The position numbers and the translations under genes were made by a program. A DNA stretch of 64,000 nucleotides from the human T2T-CHM13v2.0 reference genome, Homo sapiens. Shown here one piece after another: positions 24,641 through 38,934 of this stretch; positions within the stretch are counted from its first letter, which is position 1, and each line of letters starts with the position of its first letter. The DNA is taken from NCBI RefSeq assembly GCF_009914755.1, contig NC_060928.1. One strand, 5' to 3'. Under the pieces are notes generated by a model, which was given only the letters and a program-made list of their open reading frames with translations, ran no database searches and was not told where the DNA came from.

Positions 24641-25446
24641 ATTTTTCACTTGTCATAATCCGTTCTCTTTTTTGTCATGACAGAAAGAGAGAGAGAAAAA
24701 AGAAAGAAAGAGAGAGAGAGAAAGAGAGAAAGAGATGAAAGTGTGCTATACTGCTTCAGGGGAATCTTTCCATATGTAAAGAGTTTCTTCAGTCATGCAG
24801 AGGGAGAAGCAATCCCTGTAATGTGTCAGAAAATCGTCAAACCAATATTGCACAGATGGACAAAGAAGAACACCTAACCAAGAAGGCTAACGTCTTTGAG
24901 ATGACAGCAGGCAGAATGTGATTTCAGAGGTTAAAGCCCGTCTGAACATGGTGAGAGTGATGCCTACCTCAGAAGTCACTTCTTGCTTGAGCATTTCCAA
25001 CAGCATTCTCAATGAACCTATTGAACAGGAAATGGCCAGCCAGAGACTCCAGCAGTAAAGTGACATTCATCTTAGCATGGCTTTAAAGAACTGGCCCCAT
25101 TTGGAAAACAGTTGACCACCAAACACTCAAGGAACTTTCAAAATTGTGAGCTAAGTAGGGCAGCCACAAGCAGAATGGGACAGAAGGACTATTTTAAGGA
25201 TTCCCTGAAGCACAACTTCAAATGATGAGGCCCAGCTTTGTCACATTGGCATGATGAGGCTATGCTTTTAAAGACCTTAGGCTGACTCAGGAAACTCAGA
25301 GCAAGCAAAAGGCTCCAATGCTGCAAATAGCAGCTGCAACCACACTTCCAAGAACAGAATGAAGTCTTTCTGCCATGCTTATTCAAACTATCCGTCTCTG
25401 TCACTGTCTTCTTGGGATTGAAAAGTCTACATGCAAGTGATGTGAT
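24641..25446 (-). pseudogene. Decayed exon A
   Basis: Acceptor ttctctatctag|ATC at 25446; donor AAT|gtgagt at 24641. Fragments: WQKDFILFLEVWLQLLF, MNVTLLLESLAGHFLFNRFIEN, VQYWFDDFLTHYRDCF. Several frameshifts and a (TC)n expansion near the 3' end. Confidence 0.55.
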
Positions 25447-26030
25447 CTAGATAGAGAAATTCATTTGGAATAATTTGTCAGTAATATACATAGCAGGCAA
25501 TGAGTCAAAATATAAAGAACTGTTACAGGTTTCTTAAAGTAAATCTACAGTAGTCAGTAAATATATGAAAAGGAAGTACAATCTAAATATTGAACAGACA
25601 TAAAATTACACCATTAACAAGATACCAATTTTTACCTATTTGAAGCCTTTTTAAATGATAATAGCCAGTGCTAGGGAGATGGTAGGAAAACAGAGATTCA
25701 TATACATTTATTTATTTAATATTTATTGAGCATATACCATATGCCAGGCACTATTCCAGATGCTAGAAATATAGTAAAGATCAAATCAAGCAAAATCTTT
25801 GTCTTCGTGGACCTTACATTCTATAGTTATAAATAAATTATTAAACTAAGTTCAGACAGTGATAATCCTACAAAAAGTAAAATAAGGTAATTGGATAAAC
25901 AGTGACAGAAGAGGAGTCTATTTTGGACATGTTAGGGAAGGCCTCTCAGAGGAGATAGCATTTCATTCATGATGGCAGTATAAAGCAATTTTACCTCTAA
26001 AAACATGTGTTAAGGAAATAATATGTCTAA

Positions 26031-26386
<356 letters not shown>

Positions 26387-26399
26387 TAATTGCACTCTT

Positions 26400-29300
26400 T
26401 ATTTTTATTTTTTAGTTGACACATAATAACTATGTATATTTATGGGGTACAGTGTGAAATTCTGACAAATGTATACATGTGTAATGATCAAATCAGCTCA
26501 AATATGTATCATTTCTTTGTGTTGAGAACATTCGAAACTCACTCTTCTAGCTTTTGAAAATACACAGAAAATTTATTGTTAATTATATTCACCCTATAGT
26601 GCTATAAAACACTAGAACTTCCCTCTCCTATCTAACTCTACTTTTCTAGGTGTTAACTAGCCTTTGGCTAGTCCCCCTCCCCCTACCTTTTCTTGCCTCT
26701 AGTAACCATTATTCTACTCTCTACTTCTATGAATAAATTGTTTAGCTTCTACATATGAGTAGGAACTTGCAGTGTTTATCTTTCCGTGCTTGACTTATTT
26801 CACAATGTTCTTCAAGATTATCCATGTTGCTGCAAATGACAGAATTTAGTTCTTTTATGGCTAAATAGTATTCCATTGTGTATGTATACCACATTTTCTT
26901 TATCCATTCATCTGCTGATAGACACTTAGGTTGATACCACGTCTGGACCATTATGAATAGTGCTGCAATAAACATGGGAATGCGGGTATCTCTTTGATAC
27001 ACTGATTTCCTTTCCTTTGATTGTATACCCAGTAGTGGGATTGCTGGATCATATGGTAGTTGTCTTTTTAGTTTTTTGAGGAAACTTCATATTGTTTTCC
27101 ATAATGGTTGTACTAATTTACAGTCCCACAAACAGCATGTAAAGTTTCCTTTTTTTCCACATCCTCACCAGCATTTCTTTTTTGTCTTCTTGATAACAGC
27201 CATTTTAAATGGCATAAGATTATATCTCATTATAGTTTTAATTTGCTTTTCCCTGATAATTAGTGATGTTGAGAATTTTTTTTTATACCAGCTGGCCATT
27301 TGTATGTCTTATTTTAAAAATGTCTATTTAGCTCATTGGCCCATCTTTTGATCCCATTACTTGTTTCTTTGTTGTTGACTTGTTTGAGTGCTTTGTATAT
27401 TCTGGACATTAATCCCTTGTCAAATGAGCAGTTTGCAAAGATTTTCCCCCATTCTTCAGGTTGTCTCTTTATTCTGTTGATTATTTCTCCTGCTGTGCAG
27501 AAGCTTTTTAGTTTGGTATAATCCTACTTGTCTATTTTTACATTGTGAAGATGTTAATTGCACTCTATATTTTGCTTACACTTTTCAGATTTTCTTCATA
27601 AAATTTTTGCCCAGACCAATGTCCTTAAGGGTTTCCCATGTGTTTTCTTCTAGTAGTTTCATAGTTTCAGGTCTTACACTTAAGTCTTTAATCCACTTTG
27701 AGTTGGCTTTTGTATGGTGAGAGAGATGTAGTTTCATTTTTCTGTGTATGAATATTCAATTTTCCCAATACTATTTATTAAAGAGACTGTCCCTTCCCCA
27801 ATTAGTGTTCTTGGAATCTTTGCTGAAAATCAGTTGACTGTAAATTCATGGATTTATTTATAGATTCTCTATTCTGCTCCATTGGTCATATGTGTCTCTT
27901 CTTATCCTAGTGCCATGCTGCTTTGGTTAATAACACTTTGTAATATATTTTGAGGTAAGGTAGTTTGATGCCTTCAGCTTTATTCTTTTTGCTGAGAATT
28001 TCTTTAACTATTCCGGGTCATTTGTGGTTCCACACAAATTTTAGGATTTTCTTTCTATTTCTATGAAGAATGTCATTGGTATTTTGATAAGAATTGTATT
28101 GAATCTGTAGATCACTTCTGATAGTGTGGTTATTTTCACAATGTTACTTCTTCCAATCCATGGACATGGGATGTCTTTTCATTTTTTGTGTGTCCTCTTC
28201 AATTTTTTTTATTAATGTTTTAAAGTTGTCCTTGAAAAACCTTTCACCTCCTTTGTTAAATTTATTCCTAGGTTTTTTTTAATAGATATTGTAGATGAAA
28301 CAGCTTTCTTGATTACTTTTTTGTATGCTAATTTTGTATCATGAAACTTTACTGAATTTGTTTGTCAGTTCTAAGAGGTTTTGGAAGGGCTTTTAGGGTT
28401 TTCTATAAATAAGATTATGTTGTGTGCAAGCAGAGCCGATTTGACTTCCTTCTTTCCAATTTGGATTGGATGCTCTTTACTTCTTTCTCTTGCCAATTGC
28501 TCTAGCTAGGACTTTCAGTACTATGTAAAATAAAAGTGGTGAAAGTAGACGTTTTGTCTTGTTCAAGATCTTAGAAGAAAAGCTTTCAACTTTTCCCTGT
28601 TTAGTATGATGTGGACTTTGAGTTTGTCATATATAGTCTTTATCATGTTGAGGTACGTTCCTTCTACACCTAACTTGTTCAGAGTTTTTCTCATGAAGAA
28701 TTGTTTAAAATATCAATTTTTTACATGTGTATATTAAGGTGATAATATGTTTTTAATCCTTCATTCTGTTGATGTGATATGTAATGTTTATTGGTTTTCA
28801 TATATGGAAACATCCTTGCATTCCTGGGATAAACCCAACTTGTTTATGGTAAATGACCTTTTAATATGCTGCTAGAATCAGTTGGCTAGTATTTTGTTGA
28901 GGATTTCTGCATTTTATGTTCATCAGGGATACTCGTCTATAGTTTTATTGTTGTTGTTGTGTCCTTATCTGGTTTTGGCATCAGGGTAATGCTGGCCTAA
29001 TAGAATCTATTTGGAAGAATTTCCTTTTCTTCAATTTTTTGTAAGAGTTTGAGCAGAATTAGTATTAGTTCTTTAAATATTTGGTAGAATGCAGCATTGA
29101 AGCCATCATGTCCTGGACCTTTCTATGATGGGATACTTTTTACTGTGGTGTTGATCTCATTTCTCATTATTGGCTTGTTGAGATTTTCTGTTTCTTCATG
29201 GTTCCATTTTGGTAGGTTTTATGTGTCCAGGAATTTATTCATTTCTTCTAGGTTTTCTAATTTCTTGGTATATAGCTTTTCATAATAGTCTCTAATGATT

Positions 29301-31850
29301 CTGTTTCTGTTGCCTCAATTGTTAGGACCCTTTTTTCATTTCTGATTTTACTTATTTGGGTTTTCTCTGTTTTTTTCTCAGCCTACTTAAAAGTTTGTCA
29401 ATCTTTTATGTTTTTAAAAATCCATCTTGTTTGTTGATCTTCTCTCTCTTTTTAGTCTCAATGTCATTTACTTCTGCTTTGGTCTTTTTTTAAAATTAAT
29501 TTAAGTTCTGGGATATATGTGCAGGATGTGCAGGTAGTTACATAGGTAAACTATTATTTCTTTTATTCTACTAATTTTGCATTTGGTTTGTTCCTGCATT
29601 GATAGTTCCTTGAGATGCATCATTAGGTTTTTTATCTGAAATCTTTCTACTTTTTTTGATATAGGTGTTTATTGCTGTAATCGTCCATTTTAGTACTGCT
29701 CTTGCTGTATCTCATAGGTTTTGTTATGTTGTGGTTCTATTTTAATTTAATAAATTTTATATTTTTTTCTTCTCAATTTCTTCACTGATGCAGTCATTCA
29801 GGAGCATGTTTTTAAATTTCTATGTATTTACACAATTTCAAAAATTCTTCTTGTTACTGCCTTCTAGTTTTATTTTATTGCAATCCTATAAGATAGTTGA
29901 TTTGATTTCAATTCTTTTAAATTTGTTAAGACTTGTTTTGTGGTCTAATATGTGATCTATCTTAGAGAATTTTCAATGAGCTGATGAAAAGAATGTTTTC
30001 TGAAGGCATTGTATAAAATGTTCTCTAAACATTTGTTAGGTTTATTTTATCTGAAGCACAGTTTAAGTCTTGTGTTTATTTGTTGATTTTCTGCCCAGAT
30101 GAGCTATTCAATGTTGAGTGTGGGGTGCTGAACTATTATTGTATTGGATCCACCTCTCCTTTCAGATCTAAAAATATTTGCTTTGTTGATCTGAGTGTTC
30201 TGGTATTGAGTGGATATATATTTACAATTATTTTTCTGCTTTCTGAATTGATCCCTTTTTCATTATATAATGACCTTCTTTTTCTTCTTTTTTTAAAATT
30301 TTTAAAGTCAATTTTATCTGATACAAGTCTAGCTACTCCTGCATACTTCTGGTAGTCATTTGCATGAAATATCTTTTTCCATACCTTCACTTTCAGTCTA
30401 TATGTGTCTGTACAGATAAAGTGAGTTTTTGTAGGCAGGATATGTCATTTTTTTAATCCATTGGGTCAGTCTTTATCTTTTAAGTCAGTAATTTGTTCAC
30501 GTTCAAGGTTATTATTGAAAGGTGAGGACTTCTACCATTTTGTTAATTGTTTTCTAAGTTTTTGTGTATACTTTGTTCTTTTTTTCCTCTATTACTGTTT
30601 ATCATTGAGACTTGGTGGTTTTCTGTAGTAATAAGGCTTGATATTTTCTCTTTCTCCTTTGTGTGTCTTCTCTACCACTGAGTTTCATATTTTGGCATGT
30701 TTCCATAATAGTGATTTCTATCTTTTCACTTCCAGATGTAGGACTTACTTGAACATGTCTTGTAAGGCCAGTATAAGTGGTGATAAATTCCCTCAGTTTT
30801 TGTTTATCTGGAAAAAAAATTATTTCTCCCTCATTTGTGAAGGATAGCTTTGCTGGGTATTGTGTTCTTGACTGCATATTAATTTCTTTCAGCACTTTGA
30901 ATATGTCATCCCATTCTCTCCTTGACTGTAAGATTTCTGTGGAGAAATCTGCTATTAATTTGATGGGAATTCCCTTATATGTAACTTGATACTTTTCCCC
31001 TGCTGTTTTAAAAATTCTTTTTGTCTTTTATTTTTGACAATTTGACTATAATGTGCCTTATGAAGGACATTTTGGGTGAAACTATTTGGAAATCTTTGAG
31101 CTCTATGAATCTTGATGTCCATATCTCTCTCCAGACTTGGAAAGTTTTCAGTTATTATTTCATGTAATAGGTTTTTCCATGCTTTTCCCTTCTCTTCTTC
31201 TGGAATTCCCATACCCAAATACTTATTTGCTTAATTGTGTCCCGTAAGTTTTACAAGATTTCTTTACTCTTTTTCATTCTTATTTCTTTTTTTTTTTCTC
31301 TTATTGGGTAATTTCAAATGACCTATCTTCAAGTTCAAAGATTATTTCATCTGCTTAATCAAGGCTGCTACTGAAGCTCTCCATTGTATTTTTTATTTCA
31401 TTCATTGAGTTATTCAGCTGCAGGATTTCCTTTTGATTCCTTTCTTTTGATTTCTCTTTGTTAATTGCTTGCTCATATCATAACTTGTTTTCCTGATTTT
31501 GTTGAATTGTCAATATTTTCTTCTATTTCATTGAGTTTCCTTAAGATCATTATTTTGCTTTTCTTTTCTGGAAATGAATTGATTTTCTTTTCATTTGGGA
31601 TCTGTTACTAAAGAATTATTATGTTCTTTTGGTGGCATCATATTCCCTTGCTTTTTCATATTTCTTGTATCCCTGCATTGATGTCTATGCATCTGGTGAG
31701 ACAATCACCTCTTCCAAACTGTCTAAAGTGGCTTTCATAGAGAATGACTTTCACCTATATTTGCATTTTAGTGTGCTGATTGGTGACTCTGTTTCCAGAC
31801 TTCTTTAGCTGCATTCAGCATCAGTAATAACTGTGTGCGCTTCAGTGGCC
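26400..31850 (-). mobile_element. Long L1MA (L1MA5-7-like): 3'UTR, ORF2 and ORF1 remnants
   Basis: Minus-strand peptides WKKIFHAN (endonuclease), YPAKLSF and GIPEEE (ORF1). Contains a roughly 60-bp L1PA tail at about 29487-29550. Confidence 0.9.
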
Positions 31851-32155
31851 TAGTCAATTACCTTTTATTTCCTTTTCAATTTTTATTCATTATTGAATAA
31901 TAACTATTCTCATAGTATGGGAGACTTCAAGAATGTCAATTAATAAAGCTGCTAAAATTGTGAGGTTTGCAAACATCATCTATGTTGGACTAACAGAGAT
32001 GAACTGGAGTATTGGTTCTTTTGTAAATTTAAGTTATTAGCTACAGCCCTGCCTAGCCTAGGGTCCTAGAAGTTTGCCCTGCCTGCTTTCTGATTATAAT
32101 CCGTTTCCAAACATGGGTGTATAGGGGAGTCATTTTTCAAGCATTAAATTGCTAC

Positions 32156-32797
32156 TCTTCCCAGACCAAACTGAGGGTCGGGCTGCTATTTCTCATGGCC
32201 CAATAACGAGATGCAGATGAACTGGTGAGGAAAAGAGTTTTTATTTTTATAACCAGTTACAGGGAGAAGGCCTGGAAATTATCACCAGACTAACTCAAAA
32301 TTACAAAGTTTTCCAGAGCTCATATACCTTCTACACTATATGTCTATATGTAACTGTGCATTCATCTAAAGACATAAGTGATTAACTTATTTTAATCTAT
32401 AACTAAGGTCTGAGTCTTGAAGAGCTTCCTCTGGAGCCTCAGTAAATTTACTTAATCTAAATGGGTCCAGGTGCTGGGGTGATTACCCTTATTTTGTCTG
32501 CTGCTAAATCATGGAGGTTTAGGGAGTTCTTTCAGACTCCCACTAAACTTGTTTGTGGAGGCCTGGGGAGTTTCTTCAGATCCCCAATAAAACTTGTTTA
32601 ATCCTAAATGGGCCCTGCCAAGAATTCCTTTGTTATCTTGTCATGCTTGGGCAAAACTCTTGGTGCGCTTTTATTAATATTCTAGCCTTTGTATAAGGAC
32701 CCTGGCTCTTTCAGCTTTTAATATTTAGCTTAACAATTCAGTCAGTACTGAAACAGTTGTTATGGAGGCCTGCATTAGTGAGACCTGGCCTGCCACG
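32156..32797 (-). mobile_element. ERV1 solo LTR, PABL_A-like
   Basis: Minus strand begins (c)gtggcaggccaggtctcactaa; about 640 bp; 4-bp TSD CTAC. Family name from recall. Confidence 0.65.
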
Positions 32798-32904
32798 CTA
32801 CCATATTTTTTAACCCTTGCCTAGCTTCTCTCTACTATCCAGCTGACACCTAAATCCAGGATGCATGACTATTTAGATGTTAGCTTTAAGAAAACAAACA
32901 AAAA

Positions 32905-33272
<368 letters not shown>

Positions 33273-33754
33273 CTACTTGAATATTGATAACGTACTGCTT
33301 CTCCAAGTAATAAGCATTATGGAAAACTTAATTATAGTTTCTTAAAATCATTTATCCTGTGGAAATTTCTATTAATTACTACAAGGCCTTAAAATAAACT
33401 CCAATAAACATGAACCCTTCTACTTATTTTAAATCTATCCCACCTACAAGAACAGGAGAACATATTGGTCACAATGCAAAGCCATGTTACATTGGAAAGA
33501 CATTCTTTATAATGAGGCCTTGCACAAGGGTTGACAACAGTAAAACAGATAGACCTGGAGGAAGAAAGGCCTGAAAAGCCCACTAGTGCATTTGGGCTGG
33601 CATTTTGTTACAGGAAGTTCTGATCCAATTTTAAATCTTGTGATGCATTATAGTGAGGCAGCAAGAGTTCATTATCCCAAAAGTACCACAACCTGCAATC
33701 TACTAGGAGACATCCAGCTTACCAGCTGGTATTCAAAACAATACAGTTTAGTGT

Positions 33755-33835
33755 CCTACTGCTCAAAGTGTCATCCCTGGTCTGGTAGCATCAGCATCTC
33801 CTGGCAGCATGTTAGAAATGCAGGATTTCAAGCCT
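33755..33835. mobile_element. MER5A fragment
   Basis: ctcaaagtg...agcatcagcatctcctgg...tgttagaaatgcag. Confidence 0.65.
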
Positions 33836-34037
33836 TTTGTAGATGTTATTTATTAGCTGGCCTATAAAACATATAATAATAATAATTCATAAAGATGCAT
33901 TAAACTGAAAAATATTTAAAGACACACCTACACACAGGCACACACACACAAAAATAGAGCTTCCTAATGGTAATTGCATAAGGTTTTATCCAATAAATGA
34001 TAACCAATTTTTTTCAAAATGAGAAAATAGGATTTCA

Positions 34038-34310
34038 GTTACCCATTTCTGTGTAACAAAATTCAATGGCTTAAAACAATTATTTAACATGATATAATCT
34101 CTGCAGGTTAAAATTATGAAAAGAGTTTGGCTAGGTGGTTCTGGATGCAGTCAAATAGTGTCCAGGACTGAAATCATCTGCAGTCTCACTCACTCACATG
34201 TCTGAACGGGGCACCTGCAGCCTCTCTCTCTATCCGTGTGTGGTCTCTCTATATGGGCTTTCCAGCATGGAGTCTTCAGGGTAGCCAGACTTCTAATATG
34301 GCAGGGAAGG
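34038..34310 (-). mobile_element. MLT1 (G/H-like) LTR fragment
   Basis: tgtgtaacaaa...ggcttaaaacaa...ctcactcacatgtctg...cagggtagccagacttct. Confidence 0.55.
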
Positions 34311-35609
34311 TGGGCATCTAATTCTATCAGAAACAAAAGTGATATTGTTGGCCTTTCTCATTTCTTTTATTTATTGAATTGTTTAGGACCTGGGCAGGAA
34401 ATAGAGCTGCTATTGGCTAGGGTGACTTGTAGTCTCAACATTTCAAAATAACTTTCCTTTCATTCCTGAAGAGTCTTCCAGCTTGGGGCCCTGCCTTACT
34501 TGGTGCCCTACTGCACCCATATCCTTATCTCCCCAGCCCCTGCAGGGCTTCAGTCTGCCTACTTTACTCCACCCTCCACTCCCCTATAGGTCCCTAAAGC
34601 AACCCTGTGGCTTCTGTCATGCCCTTGGCTATCTGCTCATCTCCTGCTAACACTCAAAATCCTGAGTATTAGGCAGGGCTAGGAGATTGATTCCTTGCCT
34701 AGAACTCCAAAAGGGGAAGTCTGTATGGATGTGGAGCAGTCTATAAAGTTTCCCGGGGGATGTGAGGTAAAAGAGTACAAGGAGTGGCTGTAACTTAACT
34801 ATAATGGGGAGAGAAGAGCATACACCTCCTGATTCCCACCCACCCATAGTTCCAAAGGAAAGATATATTTTTTCTCTATCTACTTGAAAGAAGACAAAAT
34901 TGTCAGATTAAATGACATCAAGTATATAATAGTGAAATGTCACAATTCTCTCTGTGCTATAACAGTATCAATAACTAGCGAAGCCATATGACCAACCACC
35001 ATCATATGAAGCCATCAGTGCTTTTCAAACAATGTTTTTATGCTATGCTTAAGGCCAAAGAGCAGGAACCTCAGGGAGAGAGAGAAGAAGTGAAATTTAT
35101 ACAGGCCTATGATGATACTACAGCCAACCTCAAACTAAAAACACCCAGGTGATACTCTGCCTGACATATACCAGTCTTCTCAGATTTGTGAGAGAAGGAG
35201 AGGACTGTGAGACCCTTGACTACTTGACTTGGGAGCAGAGGAAGACATCTCTAGTTTCCACAGCATCAGCAACAATTTCCTGAGGAGTGGTGAGCCTGGC
35301 TACAGAGAATGGGAGCCACATAACCTCATGCAGGTGTGACAGCACACAATAATCTGCCTAAAGTGGACGTATGCAGCAACCTGTTCTCCTGGCCACACAA
35401 ACACTTGAGGGTACTGCTAATGCCGAGCTGTCATTCAAGGCAATAGACACAGTAGCAGGGACAGAGACCACAAAATGAGTTCCCTAGATGATGGCAGGGC
35501 AGGCAGCCTGAAGCATACCTCAACCAACTAGACACAGGAGGAAAAAGTTGAATGACTCTATCAGGCCTTTTCTTCCAAAGGGAGAGAATTAGAAGGGTTA
35601 CAGCTCAAA

Positions 35610-38010
35610 ATAAATCCCATTTACAATTGTGAATATATTTAACCAAGTAACTAAAAGGACTGTAAACTGAAAACTATAAAATATTAATTTTTAAAAATTG
35701 AAGAAGACAAGAGGAAAGATATACTGTGTTCATGACAAAATCATGACCTTTACAGCAATGTGGGTGAAGTTGGAGGGCATTATCCTATGTGAATTAATGC
35801 AGAAACAGAAAACCAAATACCACATGTTCTCGCTTATAAATGGGAGTTAAACGTGAAAACAATAGACAATTGGGACTCCAAAAGGGTTAAGGGATGGGGA
35901 TCAAGGGTTGAAAAACTACCTATTGGGTACTATATTCACTATTTGTGTGACAGGATACTAAGCCCAAACCTCAACATTATGCAACATATTTATGTAACAA
36001 ACCTGCACCTGTACTCCCTGAATATAAGCAAGCAAACAAAAACAAAACCAATAAATGGTTTACTTTAAACAGTAAAAAAAAAATTCTGAGATACAAAAAA
36101 AAGAAAGATATACTCTGTTCATGGATTGGAAGAATTAATATTATTAAAATGTTCCTACTACCCAAAGTGATCTACAGAGTCAATGTAATCCCTATCAGAG
36201 TTCTAATTGCATTTTTCACTGAAATTTAAAAAAAATTTCTAAAATTCATATGAAACCACAAAAGACCCTGTATAGCTAAAACAATATTGAAAATCAAGAA
36301 CAAAACTGGAGGCATCACACTTCCTGATTTCAAATTATATTACAAAGCTATAATGATCAAAACAGTGTGGCAATAGCATAAACATAGACCAATACAACAA
36401 AACAGAGCGCCCAGAAATAATCCCACCTATAGTAGCAAATTTTTGACAAAGGTACCAAGAACATCCAATAGGGCAAGGATAGTGTTTTCAATAAATAGTG
36501 GGACAACTGGATATCCATATGCAAAGAAATGAAATTAGATCTTTATGCTACACCATACACGAAAACCAATTCAAAATGGATTAAAGAAAAGTTTAAGACC
36601 TGAAACCATAAAACTCCTTGAAGAAAACATGAGAAAAACTCTTGACATTTGTCTTAGCAATGACTTTTTTGGATATGACACCAAAATCACAGGCAACAAA
36701 AGCAAAAATAAGTGGGACTGCATCCAACTAAAAAGTTTCTGCACAGCAAAGAAAACAACCAACAAAATGAAAAGACATATGGAATGAGAGAAATATTTGC
36801 ACATCATATATCTGATAAGTAATTAACATCCAAAATATATTAGGAATTCATGCAACTCTATACCAATAAAACAACCCAGTTCAAAAATGGGCAAAGAACT
36901 TGAATAGACATATTCCCAAAGAAGACATACTAATGGCAAAAAGGTGTATGAAACAATGATTAACATCACTAATCATCAGAGAAATGCAAGTCAAAACCAC
37001 AATAAGATATTACCTCACACCTTTTAAGTTGGCTATTATCAAAAAGTCAAAAGACAAGTGTTGGGAAGGATATGGAGAAAAAGGAGCCCTTCCACACTGT
37101 CGGTGGCAATGTAAATTGGTGTAGCCATTGCAGAAAACAGTATAAAGGTTTCTCAGAAAACTAAAAATAGAAATATCATAGGATCCAGCCATTCCACTAT
37201 TGGGTATATGCCCAAAGGAAGTGAAATCAGTGTGTTGAAGAAATGTCTGTACTCCCATGTTCATTGCAGCATTATACACAATAATCAAGATATGGAATCA
37301 ACCTAAGTGTCTGTTGACAGATGAATGGGTGGTGTATATACACACACACATATATATATGTATACACACACACATATATATACACACACATATATACACA
37401 TATAAATATATATATTATATATTATATAATATATATTAATAAATATATATTATATATATTATATAAATATATATATTATATATATATTATATAAATATAT
37501 ATATTATATATATATTTATATAAATATATATATATAATGGAATATTATTCCACCTTAAAAAGAAGGAGATCTTGCCAACTGAGACAACATGGATGAATCT
37601 GAAGGCCATTATGCTGAGTGAAACAGCCACATGCAGAAAGACATATACTTCATGATCTCACTTACATGTGGTTAGGATGATGGTTATCAGAGACTAGGAG
37701 TGTGGGAAATGGAGAGATGTTGGTCTAAGGGTACAAACTTTTAGTTATAAGATGAATAAGTTCTAGAGATCTAATGTACAGCATGGTGACTATAGTTAAT
37801 AGTAATGTATAATTGAAATTTGCTAAGAAAGTAGATCTTAAGTGTTATCAACATGAAAAGGGGGGGCAACTGTATGAGTTAATGGATATGTGAATTAGCT
37901 TGTGATGATGATTTCACAATGCACATGTATATTAAATTATCACATTGTATACCATAAATGTATACAATTTTAATTTTTCAATTATTCTTCAATAACACTG
38001 GAAAAAATAG
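35610..38010 (+). mobile_element. L1MA9-like element with a nested younger L1P 3' end (about 35735-36100)
   Basis: ORF2 C-terminal remnant and 3'UTR. Nested insert flanked by TSD aaagatatact(g/c)tgttcatg. Confidence 0.85.
37334..37536. repeat. (CA)/(TA)n compound microsatellite
   Basis: Direct reading. Confidence 0.95.
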
Positions 38011-38159
38011 AAGAATTTTATGCTATCAATTTTCTCCCATCCGTACCCATAGGTGGTCTTTTTGGAGAGAAAGAAGGAAGCCTGGGAACATTGTCATTTT
38101 CTATCTTCTGACATAAAATGCTTTCTTTTTCTCCAAGTATGTTGGTGGATCGAGCTGCC

Positions 38160-38570
38160 TTCACCTGGGTTCCTCCAGAAACCAGCCCTGAGACAAGATT
38201 CATGTGCAAATAGTTTACTTGGGAGGTGATACAGGAAAACCCTGGTAGGGGTGTAGAGAAGAGAGGCAAGGAAGAGAAGGAAGCCAATTAAGAGGGCATG
38301 ATCATGCCAGTTTCCACCATAGGCAATTGGAGCTCCAGGAATTGGTGTAGACCACTCACCTCAGTGTTACTACTCAAGAGTTGAGTTAGGTGGGCATGTT
38401 TTCACCAACCCACATCAGTGACTGAGGAAAATAATTTTCCTTTTCTGGAGAGTAGTAATTTCCCTTTACTTCCAGCTTCCCTAGCAGTCAAAAATACTTC
38501 AGACAAAAAAAAAAAAAAAACCAAAGTTGCTAAAAGTTTGCAGTCGACCTAGGTGCATAGAAACGGTAAC
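38160..38570 (-). mobile_element. LTR16-family ERVL LTR
   Basis: gggttcctccagaaaccagccctgagacaagattcatgtgcaaatagtttacttgggagg. Confidence 0.6.
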
Positions 38571-38575
38571 TTGTT

Positions 38576-38934
<359 letters not shown>

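Larger units (their letters stand above)
5554..25446 (-). pseudogene. Unprocessed multi-exon pseudogene, putatively RGSL1/RGS22-like (multi-RGS-domain protein)
   Basis: Series of minus-strand exon-like blocks with polypyrimidine-AG acceptors and GT donors. Phases match at 23857->23434 (or 22222), 21676->18780 and 9466->6488. Coding-like frames are broken by stops and frameshifts. AATAAA at 5559-5554. Family call rests on remembered motif similarity only. Confidence 0.72.
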
